Part shown: piece after piece, positions 50,297 through 60,594 of the stretch
Layout: each line of letters begins with the position of its first letter
Position numbering within the stretch: position 1 is the first letter of the stretch
Source: Candidatus Latescibacterota bacterium
GTDB taxonomy: Bacteria; Latescibacterota; CBDEFO01
Direction of reading: 5' to 3'
Assembly: GCA_965237525.1 (NCBI GenBank)
Contig: CBDEFO010000008.1
Location: 1,728,001 to 1,792,000, forward strand
DNA length: 64,000 nt
Notes under the pieces: generated by a model
Told to the model about the DNA's origin: nothing
Database searches by the model: none
What the model saw: only the letters and a program-made list of their open reading frames with translations
Translations under genes and position numbers: made by a program

Positions 50297-51475
50297 TCAG
50301 AACTTAACAGTCTTGTATTCTAGTGCCATCTTTATTCTTTCCATAACTGGCGGGTGGGTGTACAAAAGCCATTTGATGAACCGTCCGGGCTCTACATCCG
50401 AAAGGTTCTTGATCGAAAGGTTCTTCTCCACATCTATAAATATATCTGGTTTGTCGGTCAAAGTCAACGATTCCCAGTCGGACTGACGTTCAAAATATCT
50501 CGAAATCGCGTTTTGCACCGGCATTCCCACAAGTCCCAAGATTCCAACTATCAAAAATATCAGAGCCAACACCCCTACCTCGTCGATCGTTTCCATTCCG
50601 AATCTGCCTTCCGACCAGTTTATGGTCCGGTTGACGATGAAAAGGATCAAAAAGCTACCTATCAGAGCCAGACTTATCCCCTTCCATATGTGATTGTGCT
50701 TCCAGTGTCCTATTTCGTGTGCCAGCACAAGCTCTACTTCATCGTCCTTTGAACCCTCCACCAGCGTGTCGTACAGGACAATTCTCTTGGTAGTCGCCAG
50801 CCCCGTAAAATAGGCGTTTACCTTCTTTGTCCTTTTGCTTGCGTCCATTACAAGGACGTCCTCCACCTCCAACTTTGCCTCTTTAGCCAGACCTAACACG
50901 CGATCTTTCAATTCGCCTTCTTCCAGCGGTTTGAAAGAATGAAAGAGGGGAGCTATCACCACAGGAGCAAGAAAAACCAGCACTACAGATAGAATACCCG
51001 AACAGATCGCCCCGTAGATCCACCATCTTTCGGGCTGCCACTTTATCAGTGCTAAGAGTCCCATCCCGACCGGAGCCATAATGACCAGACTGACCAGCCT
51101 CCCTTTGGCATAGTTCCACAGCCATCCTCCGATGTTTTCGTTGGACAACCCATACTGATGCTCGTGAAAATACCCGCTGTACAGGGACAGCGGAAAAGTA
51201 ACTAACCAGACTAAGGCCAAAAGGCAACCCGAAAAGAGTATCGCTCCGAGCCACCATCTTCCCGTTATCCCGATTAAGTGATTTCCGAAGGTTGCAGCGA
51301 TTCCGCTGAAGATAAAGAGGCACAAAATTGTGACTTCAATTCCCTCTCTCAGGAAGAATAACCTGTATTTTGTTTCTCTGTATTCTTTTCCCTTCTTTAT
51401 CTGTTCGTCGGTAAAATAATCTGAGGCCCTGATCGCCTTTCCCCCATCAGCCTCAGCACTTGCTGCCACAGCCAA
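50297..51475 (-). CDS. Ste24/M48 family zinc metallopeptidase
   Basis: NAYFTG, RIVLYDTL, LAHEIGH, SRYFE..SD, YTHP motifs; multiple TM segments. Confidence 0.92.
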   Translation of the reverse strand: MAVAASAEADGGKAIRASDYFTDEQIKKGKEYRETKYRLFFLREGIEVTILCLFIFSGIAATFGNHLIGITGRWWLGAILFSGCLLALVWLVTFPLSLYSGYFHEHQYGLSNENIGGWLWNYAKGRLVSLVIMAPVGMGLLALIKWQPERWWIYGAICSGILSVVLVFLAPVVIAPLFHSFKPLEEGELKDRVLGLAKEAKLEVEDVLVMDASKRTKKVNAYFTGLATTKRIVLYDTLVEGSKDDEVELVLAHEIGHWKHNHIWKGISLALIGSFLILFIVNRTINWSEGRFGMETIDEVGVLALIFLIVGILGLVGMPVQNAISRYFERQSDWESLTLTDKPDIFIDVEKNLSIKNLSDVEPGRFIKWLLYTHPPVMERIKMALEYKTVKF

Positions 51476-51625
51476 CAGAATTACGAAGGATGTTATTAAT
51501 GGAATTATATTTTTCAGTGTCAGTCCCCAGTCTCAACCTTACAGATTTCCTAAATTACGCGAAAGAGTTGCCTATTATGCTAACTGCACTACGTTAATCA
51601 TCCCCATTCCACAAGCCAGATTTCC

Positions 51626-52699
51626 TCACATATGATCTGACTGCCACCAGTAAAAGCCTAAAGGAAACAGATCGCTTCCGAAGTCCGATATTTTCTCAGG
51701 TCCAAATATAAGCTTTACCAACTCCCTCCTTCCGAACTCCCCTTCGTTCCCGTTCCATTTTAATCTTACTTTATCTTCATCATCGCGTACGAACACATCG
51801 GAAAGCCCGAACTTGTCGAGCAGGCTTTCGGCGTTTATGACCCTAAACATCCCCACGTAATATACCTCTTTGGGAAATTCCAAATCGTTCAAAGCTCCAG
51901 GGATACCGTCATCTGCATATGGTGTCAAAAATTTGATGAATTTTGGTTGCATCTCTTCGAAGAAATGCCTCACCAGGCTCAGCACAATATCCACATTGCC
52001 ACCGTACTCGTTGACGGAGTAGCTATCTTCTTCTGCTTTTTCTCTCCTTGTGACTATGTAGCCTTCGACTCTGTCATCCTTGATAGCCAAATACACATCG
52101 TGCTTTGGAAGCCCCATTATTGTCCCTGTTAACTCCCTGTCCCTTATCACGCCCAGGCGGTCTCTGTCGTGCAGAGCCTTGATCTGATCTACAAATTTTT
52201 TATCCCTTGCACCCTTTACCACATCACAGCCTTTTAAGGTCGGAAGGAGACCTACATTTCCCCGGTCCACATAATATCTGCACTCCCTACCTCCGTTCTC
52301 CCAACCTAACTTCCTGTAATAGTCATCTATCCCCGTCCACAGGATCGAAAGATCGTAAGCTTCCCCCTTCATCTTCCTTATACAGTCCTCTAACAACATC
52401 CCCGCATATCCTTTCCTCTGATAGTCGGGATCTGTCGCAACGCTCCCTATCCCTCCGACCTTCAAAACTGTATCTTTGACTCTCACATCCACAGGATATA
52501 TGCCCACCTGGCTTATCACCTTACCATCTTTCTTGATGATCCTGAGATTATCCGCATTCGACTCATTCAGAAATTGGGGATAGTCGCCCCCCATACTCGG
52601 ACGTCTATCCTGAAGCGATCGGAACACGTAGTTTATAAGATCTACCGTCTCGCCGAACTCGTCAGGTCTGCAGCCCCTTGGTCCTTCGATATTTTCCAT
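51626..52699 (-). CDS. GNAT family N-acetyltransferase (Eis-like)
   Basis: GGIGSVATDPDYQRKGYA, DLSILW, YYRKLGW motifs. Confidence 0.82.
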   Translation of the reverse strand: MENIEGPRGCRPDEFGETVDLINYVFRSLQDRRPSMGGDYPQFLNESNADNLRIIKKDGKVISQVGIYPVDVRVKDTVLKVGGIGSVATDPDYQRKGYAGMLLEDCIRKMKGEAYDLSILWTGIDDYYRKLGWENGGRECRYYVDRGNVGLLPTLKGCDVVKGARDKKFVDQIKALHDRDRLGVIRDRELTGTIMGLPKHDVYLAIKDDRVEGYIVTRREKAEEDSYSVNEYGGNVDIVLSLVRHFFEEMQPKFIKFLTPYADDGIPGALNDLEFPKEVYYVGMFRVINAESLLDKFGLSDVFVRDDEDKVRLKWNGNEGEFGRRELVKLIFGPEKISDFGSDLFPLGFYWWQSDHM

Positions 52700-52740
52700 A
52701 ACGCAATTCCTTAGCCCGATTAATTCATAAACTTGGTGGA

Positions 52741-52882
52741 GTCATTGCGAGGAGCAAAGCGGTCCCCGATTGAGTCTATCGGGGAAGCAATCTCAAGGTT
52801 TTATAGTGGTCTCCTATGAGAGCCGGAGAGTATTACATCTACCACAGAATCGGGATTGCTTCGCCTTCGGCTCGCAATAACA
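52741..52882. repeat. Inverted pair of GTCATTGCGAG REP-like elements with nested 21-bp palindrome
   Basis: GTCATTGCGAGGAGCAAAGCGG[TCCCCGATTGAGTCTATCGGGGA]AGCAATCTC ... GGGATTGCTTCGCCTTCGGCTCGCAATAAC. Confidence 0.8.
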
Positions 52883-52976
52883 CCGAAGGTTATTAAACCG
52901 CATAACTATAATATAATACAATCCCTTAATTAATACACGGCCTTTTTTGTGAATTATTCGGGTTAGTTACGCGAGG

Positions 52977-54635
52977 TCACTTTTCATCAAGTAATTTCAA
53001 CTTATCTATCATATTCCTTGCGCGCCGCGAATACCTGTGAGGCGGACTCAATTTCAAAGATTCCCGCAGTTCAAAGAGCGCTTCATCTTTTCTGTCCTCT
53101 TTATAGTAAATCTGACCCAAGTTAAAATGAGGCACATAGTTTTGGGGATTAGCCCTCAACGCCTCCTTGTAGTTCGTTACAGCGCCTGCTATATCTCCAC
53201 TCTTTACTTGGCTATTTCCCAGAAGTATGTGGGCTATGTCGTGTCTGTCGTTTACGTAGATGTCCACGGTGCTGTTGCTGAGAATCCATGTCCAGCAGTG
53301 GGCACCGGAAACGGCTATAATAACCAGCGCCCCACGCATCATCCTTCCTTTGTCCTTCACAAATCTGACCATCAAATATCCTCCCAAAGGCACATATCCC
53401 AGACCCACAACAGCAAAGAGGTCCCAGTCCTCGAACGCCCCTATATCGGGATTCCACACTATGGCGAATACCTGAAAAAAGAGGGCGACCAAGAAGAGAA
53501 AACGAAGATACTGATCTTTGAAATCTATATGCTTAAAATAGAAGAGGAGCACAAAGCATATAGCCGCGGCGCCCGGGAGGCCGGTCAAGATAATCTGATT
53601 TAACACAGCTATTATGTGATCTGTCGAAAACGCAGGATATTGATATAGACTGTAGGATCTATCTCGTAAGAATATGAAGTTCAATCTGGAAAGATGCGTA
53701 TGCGTCAGATGCTCAGGACCGTAGCCTATAATGGAGAACAGGCCGATAGTAGCTCCTATCGGTGCGAGAACCGATAAAACCATTATCCCGAATTGGAGTG
53801 TTCTATCCTTTAGACGTAATCCTTTTGTGCCAGCCAGATAAAGGTATAGTAGTGAAGGCAACAGCCAGCCTGCTAGAACATGCATACATATGCTGAAGGA
53901 CAGAACCAGAGACGGCAGTGCGATTTTGCACCTTCCCTCAAGATAGTACCAACTTATTAGAAGATAAGACACAATCCCCAAAGCTGCAATAGTGTAATTC
54001 TCAACGCTCCCAAAAAAGAGCTCAACAGCCCCCATTGAGAAGAACAGGCCAAAACATAGAGCCCTATCTGTCCACCCGCCCGAAAACGCTCGGCACATAT
54101 AAAGCACGACCAGAACAAATCCCACGCCGCAAAGACAGCTTGTAAGAGCGTACGACTCGGCCGCTCCCCAATCTAACACCCTGTGAAGCCAACTGTAGGT
54201 TACAGAATGAATCAGAAGCTCTAAAGGCTCGTCGAACCACAGATGATAGCCCTTAAGATGAACGTCCAGAGTCAGAAATTCTATCAGATGAATGCTGTCG
54301 CCCAGTTTATAGTTTCTTATCCGCAGGAGCCAGAAAATGGGAAAGAAAGCGGAGCCTATCAAGACATATAGAATCCCTGTCTTTAAGCTCATTACCCTTT
54401 TTCCGATCCAGCCTGCTGCAAACAAAAACCCGATCCATACTTTGTCGTTTATCCACTTGAACCAGACTAACAGCCCTATCAAAGCTAGAACTACACGTAG
54501 AGGTAGAGGAAAGTCGCCAAAGTGATAGAAGGACCAGAGATCCTTTCTGAACAGATCGGAGGGCAGATAGGGAAGCAGGACCATCCCTGCTCCGAAGATG
54601 GCTGTGTATAAGAAGAGATATATATTTTGAAACAT
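52977..54635 (-). CDS. Polytopic membrane protein with C-terminal TPR (possible GT-C glycosyltransferase)
   Basis: About 12 TM segments, FFG.VENY and DWDLF motifs, TPR repeats at the C-terminus. Confidence 0.65.
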   Translation of the reverse strand: MFQNIYLFLYTAIFGAGMVLLPYLPSDLFRKDLWSFYHFGDFPLPLRVVLALIGLLVWFKWINDKVWIGFLFAAGWIGKRVMSLKTGILYVLIGSAFFPIFWLLRIRNYKLGDSIHLIEFLTLDVHLKGYHLWFDEPLELLIHSVTYSWLHRVLDWGAAESYALTSCLCGVGFVLVVLYMCRAFSGGWTDRALCFGLFFSMGAVELFFGSVENYTIAALGIVSYLLISWYYLEGRCKIALPSLVLSFSICMHVLAGWLLPSLLYLYLAGTKGLRLKDRTLQFGIMVLSVLAPIGATIGLFSIIGYGPEHLTHTHLSRLNFIFLRDRSYSLYQYPAFSTDHIIAVLNQIILTGLPGAAAICFVLLFYFKHIDFKDQYLRFLFLVALFFQVFAIVWNPDIGAFEDWDLFAVVGLGYVPLGGYLMVRFVKDKGRMMRGALVIIAVSGAHCWTWILSNSTVDIYVNDRHDIAHILLGNSQVKSGDIAGAVTNYKEALRANPQNYVPHFNLGQIYYKEDRKDEALFELRESLKLSPPHRYSRRARNMIDKLKLLDEK

Positions 54636-54782
54636 TGGAGATTAATTAAGTAGACGCTGTGTAGGGGCGATATGCCAGGGCGCTTTGTTGGGGAGGATGA
54701 AGTGACGGCAGAAATCCACGAAGTGGTCGCCCAGACTTCTGGGTGACCCAGGACCTACGTTCAAGGGAAGCAGTGCAGTTCC

Positions 54783-55880
54783 TCAAATCCTACCGTCTTT
54801 CAGGAATAAGCTCAACTCCTCTTTTGCCATGCCCCGAATTCCCAGATCTTCCACGGTTCTGCCTGACTTCCAACAGTCTTCGTGCACTACGATCGAAGCG
54901 ATCTCCACCAGGGATCTCATAACAGGTGTGGAGACACCGAACTGCTCCGCGATGGAGATCCAGGTGACCAGTCCGTAGGGGACATCCTCCGTCAGCCAGC
55001 GGTTCTGGAGGTTCACCGGAGCCCTCAACTGGGTCAACATCCTGCTCCCGTTGATTACCTCCCAGATTGTGCCTTTGGGTCCGAACCCCGCGCGGTGGAA
55101 GCCTTCCTCCACAGAAGAGAGGTCTATTCCAACGGCCAAACCTATCGCCCGGCGTTCATCGTCCACTTTCTTGATGACGTCCGCTACAGCGGGTGAGATG
55201 CCTTCTTCGTAAAAGTAGAACTCCCCCTTTGAGTACTCTATCCGGCCTGCGTTCATCAGCACTCCTGCAGGATGAACTACAGGGTTCATGCTGCCTAGCC
55301 CGCACTCCAGCGCGCTGGAGTGCGGAGCAATCCCAGGGAATACATCCTTGAGCATTTCCGCCACATACTCTGTCTTTGCGGAAGGCAAAACGCCCAGTCC
55401 AAGACCTGTCACTATGCCCCAGATGTGCGCCTCGTTCGGAGCGACCTTGCGGCAGACGTAGGGTGACGTATCGGTCTCCCCAAGGATCATACCTTCGCCT
55501 TTCCCCGAATCTCGCAATATCTTGGAAAACTCAAGCGTTCCTAACGTTCCAGGCAAAAGGACGACGACCTGCCTCCTATCAAGATGTGGAGCGCACACCT
55601 GGGCGAAGGGTTTATGGGCATAAGCGGGGACGCTGATGAATATAAGTTCTTTGCCCTCAAGGGCTTCTTGGATATCCGTCGTAACCTTATGTATTCTGGC
55701 AGTTCCTGCTTCTGCGACTCCTGCAAGGTGTATCTCTTTGGTCTGTCGAAGAACTTCTATGTTATTTTCAAACCCAGGAATCTCGTACAGAGTAATCTCG
55801 TAGCCCCTCAATGTCAGATTCGCTGCGATGGAAAAGGCCGTGTTGCCGCCGCCCAAGACTGCAATAGATTTTGGGTTCAT
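54783..55880 (-). CDS. NAD/NADP opine (octopine/nopaline) dehydrogenase family protein
   Basis: VLGGGN, NPVVHP, FYFYEEG, D.ERRA, RWLTEDVPYGL motifs. Confidence 0.88.
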   Translation of the reverse strand: MNPKSIAVLGGGNTAFSIAANLTLRGYEITLYEIPGFENNIEVLRQTKEIHLAGVAEAGTARIHKVTTDIQEALEGKELIFISVPAYAHKPFAQVCAPHLDRRQVVVLLPGTLGTLEFSKILRDSGKGEGMILGETDTSPYVCRKVAPNEAHIWGIVTGLGLGVLPSAKTEYVAEMLKDVFPGIAPHSSALECGLGSMNPVVHPAGVLMNAGRIEYSKGEFYFYEEGISPAVADVIKKVDDERRAIGLAVGIDLSSVEEGFHRAGFGPKGTIWEVINGSRMLTQLRAPVNLQNRWLTEDVPYGLVTWISIAEQFGVSTPVMRSLVEIASIVVHEDCWKSGRTVEDLGIRGMAKEELSLFLKDGRI

Positions 55881-56252
55881 ATCCGCCTCCTTTATGAGAT
55901 CATAATCTAATCCAAAAGTTCGGCACGTGCAACTGTAATATCTTCAAAAGGGCGTAACGTGACGCTTGAATATAACACAGCTTGAGCTTAGACACAATAT
56001 TTTAGTAGACAGAACAACCCTCTCTATGACTGGTTGACTTAGACCGCTTGGAGGAGCGCTTTCGGATGGACGTGGAAGGAAGGTTGAGAAAGTCCTGCGG
56101 AAGGAGGAATTGAGGATGTAAGCTCATAATGACAGTTTGCTTGCTCTTGCCTTTTGTCATTTGAAGGGACACAACTGATGGGTCAGACATTCCTCTATCA
56201 ATTTTACTCTGCGGTGTGGGCAGAAGGAGTGCAATCAGGAAGGCTTATACAC

Positions 56253-56287
56253 AAAATAATAAGGGCGATCGCACAGGATCGCCCTTC
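56253..56287 (-). terminator. Probable purA terminator (REP-like hairpin)
   Basis: AAGGGCGATC-CTGTGC-GATCGCCCTT followed by ATTATTTT on the minus strand. Confidence 0.65.
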
Positions 56288-56314
56288 ATGTCTGATTTAG
56301 GCTGTAGAAGGCTT

Positions 56315-57592
56315 TCAGACCACAACGGTCTGCTCCCTTTCAAATCCTACCGAGATCAGGAATATAGGTGTCCCGACAACCTGGTGCATTCTATCCAGGT
56401 AGCGTTTTGCGGCGTCGGGGAGCTCGTCGAAGTTTCTGATGTCGTTGGTTGGCGTCATCCAGCCGTCCAATTCCTCGTATATAGGCTTGCAACCTTCAAG
56501 GATTCGGTGATCGCTCGGGAATTCTGTTATTGTCTTTCCTTCATAGCTGTACGCTGTGCAGATATTGATCTTGGGGAAAGAATCCAGCACATCCATCTTG
56601 GTTATGGCCAGAGTGTCCAATGCGTTGACTCTGGCGGACATCCTGACCGGAACTGCGTCGAACCATCCGCACCTTCTGGGTCTGCCCGTGGTGGCGCCGT
56701 ACTCGCCGCGTCCGATCTGGCGCATCATCTCTCCAGTGCTGTCCGAAAGTTCTGTGGGAAACGGCCCCGTCCCGACTCTCGTAGTGTAGGCTTTAGCTAC
56801 TCCTATAACCTCATCTATCATTTTGGGGCCTATGCCCGCGCCTGTGCACGCAGCGCCAGCTACGGTGTTAGAAGATGTCACGAAGGGATATGTCCCGTGA
56901 TCCATGTCCAACAGTGTGGCTTGGGCGCCTTCAAAGAGAATATGTTTGCCTTCATCTATAGCCTCATTCAAGAGGATAGAAATATCTCTGACATAAGGTG
57001 CTATTCTGTCCTTTAACTCCAGGTATGCCGTTAGGAGCTTCTGCTCATCAATGGGGTCTTTTTTGTATATCTGCCTTAAAACCTGGTTTTTTTCCCTTAC
57101 GTTGAAGGCGAGCTTCTCTTTGAAGGTCTCCTCATTTAAGAGATCTCCCACCCTTATTCCTATTCTGGCCACCTTGTCGGCGTAGCATGGACCTATGCCT
57201 CTGATAGTAGTCCCGAGCTTGTCTTTACCTTTCCTCTCCTCTTCGGCCTGATCTAGAAGTTTGTGATATGGCATCACCAAATGAGCGTTTTGGCTTATGA
57301 AGAGTCTTCCTTCTACTGAAATCCCTTTGTTTTCGAGTTCATCTATCTCCTCCAAGAGCGTCTCAAGGGATATCACGACTCCGTTTCCTATTACGCATAT
57401 CTTGTTCGGGTGTATTATCCCGGCGGGAACGAGGTGGAAGATGTACTCCTTGCCGTCAACTATCACAGTATGTCCCGCATTGGCTCCTCCCTGGAATCTG
57501 ACGACTATATCGGCGTCCTTGGTCAGATAATCGACGACCTTAGCTTTTCCTTCGTCGCCCCATTGGGTTCCTACGATCACCTTGGTTGGCAT
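56315..57592 (-). CDS. purA: Adenylosuccinate synthetase
   Basis: QWGDEGK, GGANAGHT, GIGP.Y.DK, HGTYPFVTSS, TTGRPRRCGWFD motifs. Confidence 0.97.
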   Translation of the reverse strand: MPTKVIVGTQWGDEGKAKVVDYLTKDADIVVRFQGGANAGHTVIVDGKEYIFHLVPAGIIHPNKICVIGNGVVISLETLLEEIDELENKGISVEGRLFISQNAHLVMPYHKLLDQAEEERKGKDKLGTTIRGIGPCYADKVARIGIRVGDLLNEETFKEKLAFNVREKNQVLRQIYKKDPIDEQKLLTAYLELKDRIAPYVRDISILLNEAIDEGKHILFEGAQATLLDMDHGTYPFVTSSNTVAGAACTGAGIGPKMIDEVIGVAKAYTTRVGTGPFPTELSDSTGEMMRQIGRGEYGATTGRPRRCGWFDAVPVRMSARVNALDTLAITKMDVLDSFPKINICTAYSYEGKTITEFPSDHRILEGCKPIYEELDGWMTPTNDIRNFDELPDAAKRYLDRMHQVVGTPIFLISVGFEREQTVVV

Positions 57593-57674
57593 GGATCACA
57601 CCCCAATCTTTATGAGTTCTTACCTTTTTTGCACAAAAAAACTCCGAACAACGATGCGGTTCGAAGTCCTGATT

Positions 57675-57703
57675 ACTATAACACATCTTCAGATGGTTGT
57701 CAA
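57675..57703 (-). promoter_or_regulatory. purA promoter
   Basis: Minus strand TTGACA-17nt-TATAGT. Confidence 0.65.
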
Positions 57704-57811
57704 GAGAAAAATTCATCTGGCGGCAAACGCTTTGATCGTTACAAGTGCGGTTCTCCAATCGCTTAGCGATTCATAGTGATCCCGAGACTATCTATCGGAT
57801 TAGATTGAGAC

Positions 57812-57840
57812 TTGACAGGCCATTACAAATATCGTATAAT
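57812..57840 (+). promoter_or_regulatory. Consensus sigma70 promoter for the uxs-like gene
   Basis: Perfect TTGACA-17nt-TATAAT. Confidence 0.75.
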
Positions 57841-57936
57841 CTTATTGTTCGCCGCAGGGGCAGGATTTAGTGTAGAAAGGCCGGGCTTTTCAAACCCGAT
57901 AGATTCAATCGGGGTGTCTCTCAAGGAGAGATAGCT

Positions 57937-58869
57937 TTGAAGATTCTCATCACAGGCGGAGCGGGATTTATCGGATCACACCTCTGTGACTTTCTGCTGG
58001 AAAAGGGACACCAGGTGATATGCATGGACAACCTCTTGACCGGCAGCCCCGATAACGTCAGCCATCTTTTCGGGAGAGAGCGATTCCAGTTTATAGAATA
58101 CAACGTCACCGATTACATACATGTACTTGGGAAATTGGACTTTATCCTTCACTTTGCAAGCCCAGCAAGTCCGAAGGATTATCTGCAGTTCCCGATACAG
58201 ACTCTGAAGGTAGGAGCGCTCGGAACGCATAAGACGCTGGGACTTGCAAGAGCCAAAGCAGCAAAGTATCTTTTGGCCTCCACATCTGAGTCCTACGGAG
58301 ATCCGCTGGTGCACCCTCAAAGCGAGGACTACTGGGGGAATGTGAATCCCATTGGTGTTAGGGGTGTCTATGACGAGGCCAAGAGGTTCGCTGAGGCTAT
58401 GACTATGGCGTACCGCAGGACGCACGGTGTGGACACAAGGATTGTGAGAATATTCAACACGCACGGACCTAGGATGCGAAGGGACGACGGGAGAGCTATA
58501 CCCACGTTTGTCGCTCAAGCGCTTGCCGATGAGGACGTCACGGTGTTCGGAGACGGGTGGCAGACGAGGAGTATATGCTATATTTCAGACCTTGCGGACG
58601 GAATCTATAGACTTATGCTCTCGGACGTGACTACCCTCGTCAATATCGGAAATCCCTCGGAAATTACGATATTGGATTTGGCCGAAAAGATAATAGAGAT
58701 AACCAAAAGTAAGAGCAACATAGTCTTCAAGACCCTTCCCGAAGACGACCCCAAGGTGAGACAGCCTGATATTTCAAAGGCGAAGAAGCTTTTAGAGTGG
58801 GAGCCGAAGGTATCCTTGGAGGAGGGATTAAAGAATACTATCGAATGGTTCAAAACTAGTAGACAGTAG
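57937..58869 (+). CDS. UDP-glucuronate decarboxylase (UDP-xylose synthase) family SDR
   Basis: [41 protein letters not shown] motifs. Confidence 0.92.
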   Translation: MKILITGGAGFIGSHLCDFLLEKGHQVICMDNLLTGSPDNVSHLFGRERFQFIEYNVTDYIHVLGKLDFILHFASPASPKDYLQFPIQTLKVGALGTHKTLGLARAKAAKYLLASTSESYGDPLVHPQSEDYWGNVNPIGVRGVYDEAKRFAEAMTMAYRRTHGVDTRIVRIFNTHGPRMRRDDGRAIPTFVAQALADEDVTVFGDGWQTRSICYISDLADGIYRLMLSDVTTLVNIGNPSEITILDLAEKIIEITKSKSNIVFKTLPEDDPKVRQPDISKAKKLLEWEPKVSLEEGLKNTIEWFKTSRQ

Positions 58870-59081
58870 ACAGGGCACCACCTCTCACCCCTTGAGATTG
58901 GTTCTGCTGCGCAACTCCTGACGGGGTCGGGCTTGCAGCTCTTGTAACGACCAAGAATCTCAGGAGATGTCATTGAGAGGTTGAGTGGCTGGTTTGCTGG
59001 GTGACAGCAATCCACGAAGTAAACGAAGCAATCTTGTAGACAGTGGATAGGTAGGAGCAGGAAGAGTTGCCTGTACGCTCT

Positions 59082-60581
59082 CTACTGTTTGCTGTGTAGC
59101 GCTTTTATCGCCTCCGCTATAAGTTCGACCTCATTGTCGTGAACGGTCCTCATGTCCAAAAATACCCTGTTATTCCTCACATAACCTACTATCGGAGGAT
59201 TATTCGCTCTCAAAAGAGCCGAGACCTTCGAAGCGGAGGTGGTGCAACCTGCACTCTGTGTGCGATCGCTGCTTGCCGAAATCTCCTTGGGACTTATCGA
59301 AACGGCAGCGCTCTGGATCGGCTCCAAAGGGAGTGCTCCGCTTCCCGTCTGAGCCTCGGTCTCCTCCAATTTTAAATCCAGGTTGTTTTTTACATCGTCT
59401 AACATTCCTAGCAACCTCCTGCCCCTATCCTTAACAGTATCCAACCCCTCCGTCATCATCCTTAAGACTGGATGGGTCTTTGCTAGTTCCCCTTCCTGAA
59501 GATAGAGCTTCAAAGTCCCCTCCAGAGCCCCGTATATCAGCTTGTCGCACCTTAAAGTCCTCATAAGCGGATTCTGCTTGATCATATCTATAAATTCCCT
59601 CTTTCCTATAATTAGCCCCGCCTGAGGTCCGCCCAGCACCTTATCTCCGCTGAACGTTACTACATCCGCGCCCCTTTCTATGCTCTCTTTTGCGACCGGT
59701 TCATAGGGAAGTCCATATCTCGTTAGATCTATCAGAGCCCCGCTACCCAGGTCGTTGACAACGGGAATTCCACACTCAGTCCCTAACTTTATCAATTCAT
59801 CCAGACCGACTTGGGCCGTAAAACCGGTAATCTTATAGTTGCTCTGATGAACCCGGAGGATGAGGCCGGTCTTTTCACATATCGCGCTCTGATAATCCTT
59901 AAGGTGAGTCCTGTTCGTCGTTCCGACCTCAATCATCTTGGCCCCGCTCTTGTCCACAACGTCGGGGATCCTGAACGAGCCCCCGATCTCGATCAACTCC
60001 CCTCTGGATACTATGGTCTCCTTACCGAAGGACAGTGTGTTCAAAACCAAAAAGACCGCAGCTGCGTTGTTATTGACCACTGCCGCGGCCTCTGCATTCG
60101 TCAACTGTCTCAACAGTTTCTCGACGTGATCTGTTCTGTGCCCTCTTTCGCCCGATTCTAAGTCTATCTCTAAGTTGCAGTACCCCTGCGAAATCTCCAT
60201 CAGCCTCTGCCCTGCTGTCTCTGAAAGGGGAGCGCGCCCCAAGTTGGTATGAAGGATAATGCCCGTCGCGTTTATGACTCTTTTCAGGTTCGTCTGAAGC
60301 ATCTCCTCTGTCTTCTCTCCCACAGACCTGGCTATCTCTCCGATAATCTCATCTCTGTCTATATCTCTTTCGTCTTCGCCTGAAATAATTCGGCGCTTGA
60401 ACTCCTCCAGGCCCTCCCTGACGACGTCCACGATCATCTTTCTGGAATACCTCGAACAGAGCTTATCCACCTCAGGCAGGGATAGAATGCTGTCCACAGA
60501 GGGGAGCTTTGAAAGCAAAGTATGATTTGCTCTGCTCTTTGGCATCTTTAGTGTCTTTCTCACAGTAGCTGCAATATCCAA
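59082..60581 (-). CDS. selA: L-seryl-tRNA(Sec) selenium transferase
   Basis: VINATG.ILHTNLGRAPL, VNNNAAA, SRGELIEIGGSFRIP, EVGTTNRT, FSGDKVLGGPQAG motifs. Confidence 0.95.
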   Translation of the reverse strand: MDIAATVRKTLKMPKSRANHTLLSKLPSVDSILSLPEVDKLCSRYSRKMIVDVVREGLEEFKRRIISGEDERDIDRDEIIGEIARSVGEKTEEMLQTNLKRVINATGIILHTNLGRAPLSETAGQRLMEISQGYCNLEIDLESGERGHRTDHVEKLLRQLTNAEAAAVVNNNAAAVFLVLNTLSFGKETIVSRGELIEIGGSFRIPDVVDKSGAKMIEVGTTNRTHLKDYQSAICEKTGLILRVHQSNYKITGFTAQVGLDELIKLGTECGIPVVNDLGSGALIDLTRYGLPYEPVAKESIERGADVVTFSGDKVLGGPQAGLIIGKREFIDMIKQNPLMRTLRCDKLIYGALEGTLKLYLQEGELAKTHPVLRMMTEGLDTVKDRGRRLLGMLDDVKNNLDLKLEETEAQTGSGALPLEPIQSAAVSISPKEISASSDRTQSAGCTTSASKVSALLRANNPPIVGYVRNNRVFLDMRTVHDNEVELIAEAIKALHSKQ

Positions 60582-60594
60582 CTATCGAGTCTGT

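Noticed and set aside
56002..56190. 62-aa ORF downstream of purA
   Set aside because: It starts within a REP remnant, has low-complexity sequence and no family resemblance.
58870..59081. tRNA-Sec (selC) next to selA
   Set aside because: The region has hairpins and REP remnants but no cloverleaf, TCA anticodon arm or T-arm/CCA pattern that I can identify.
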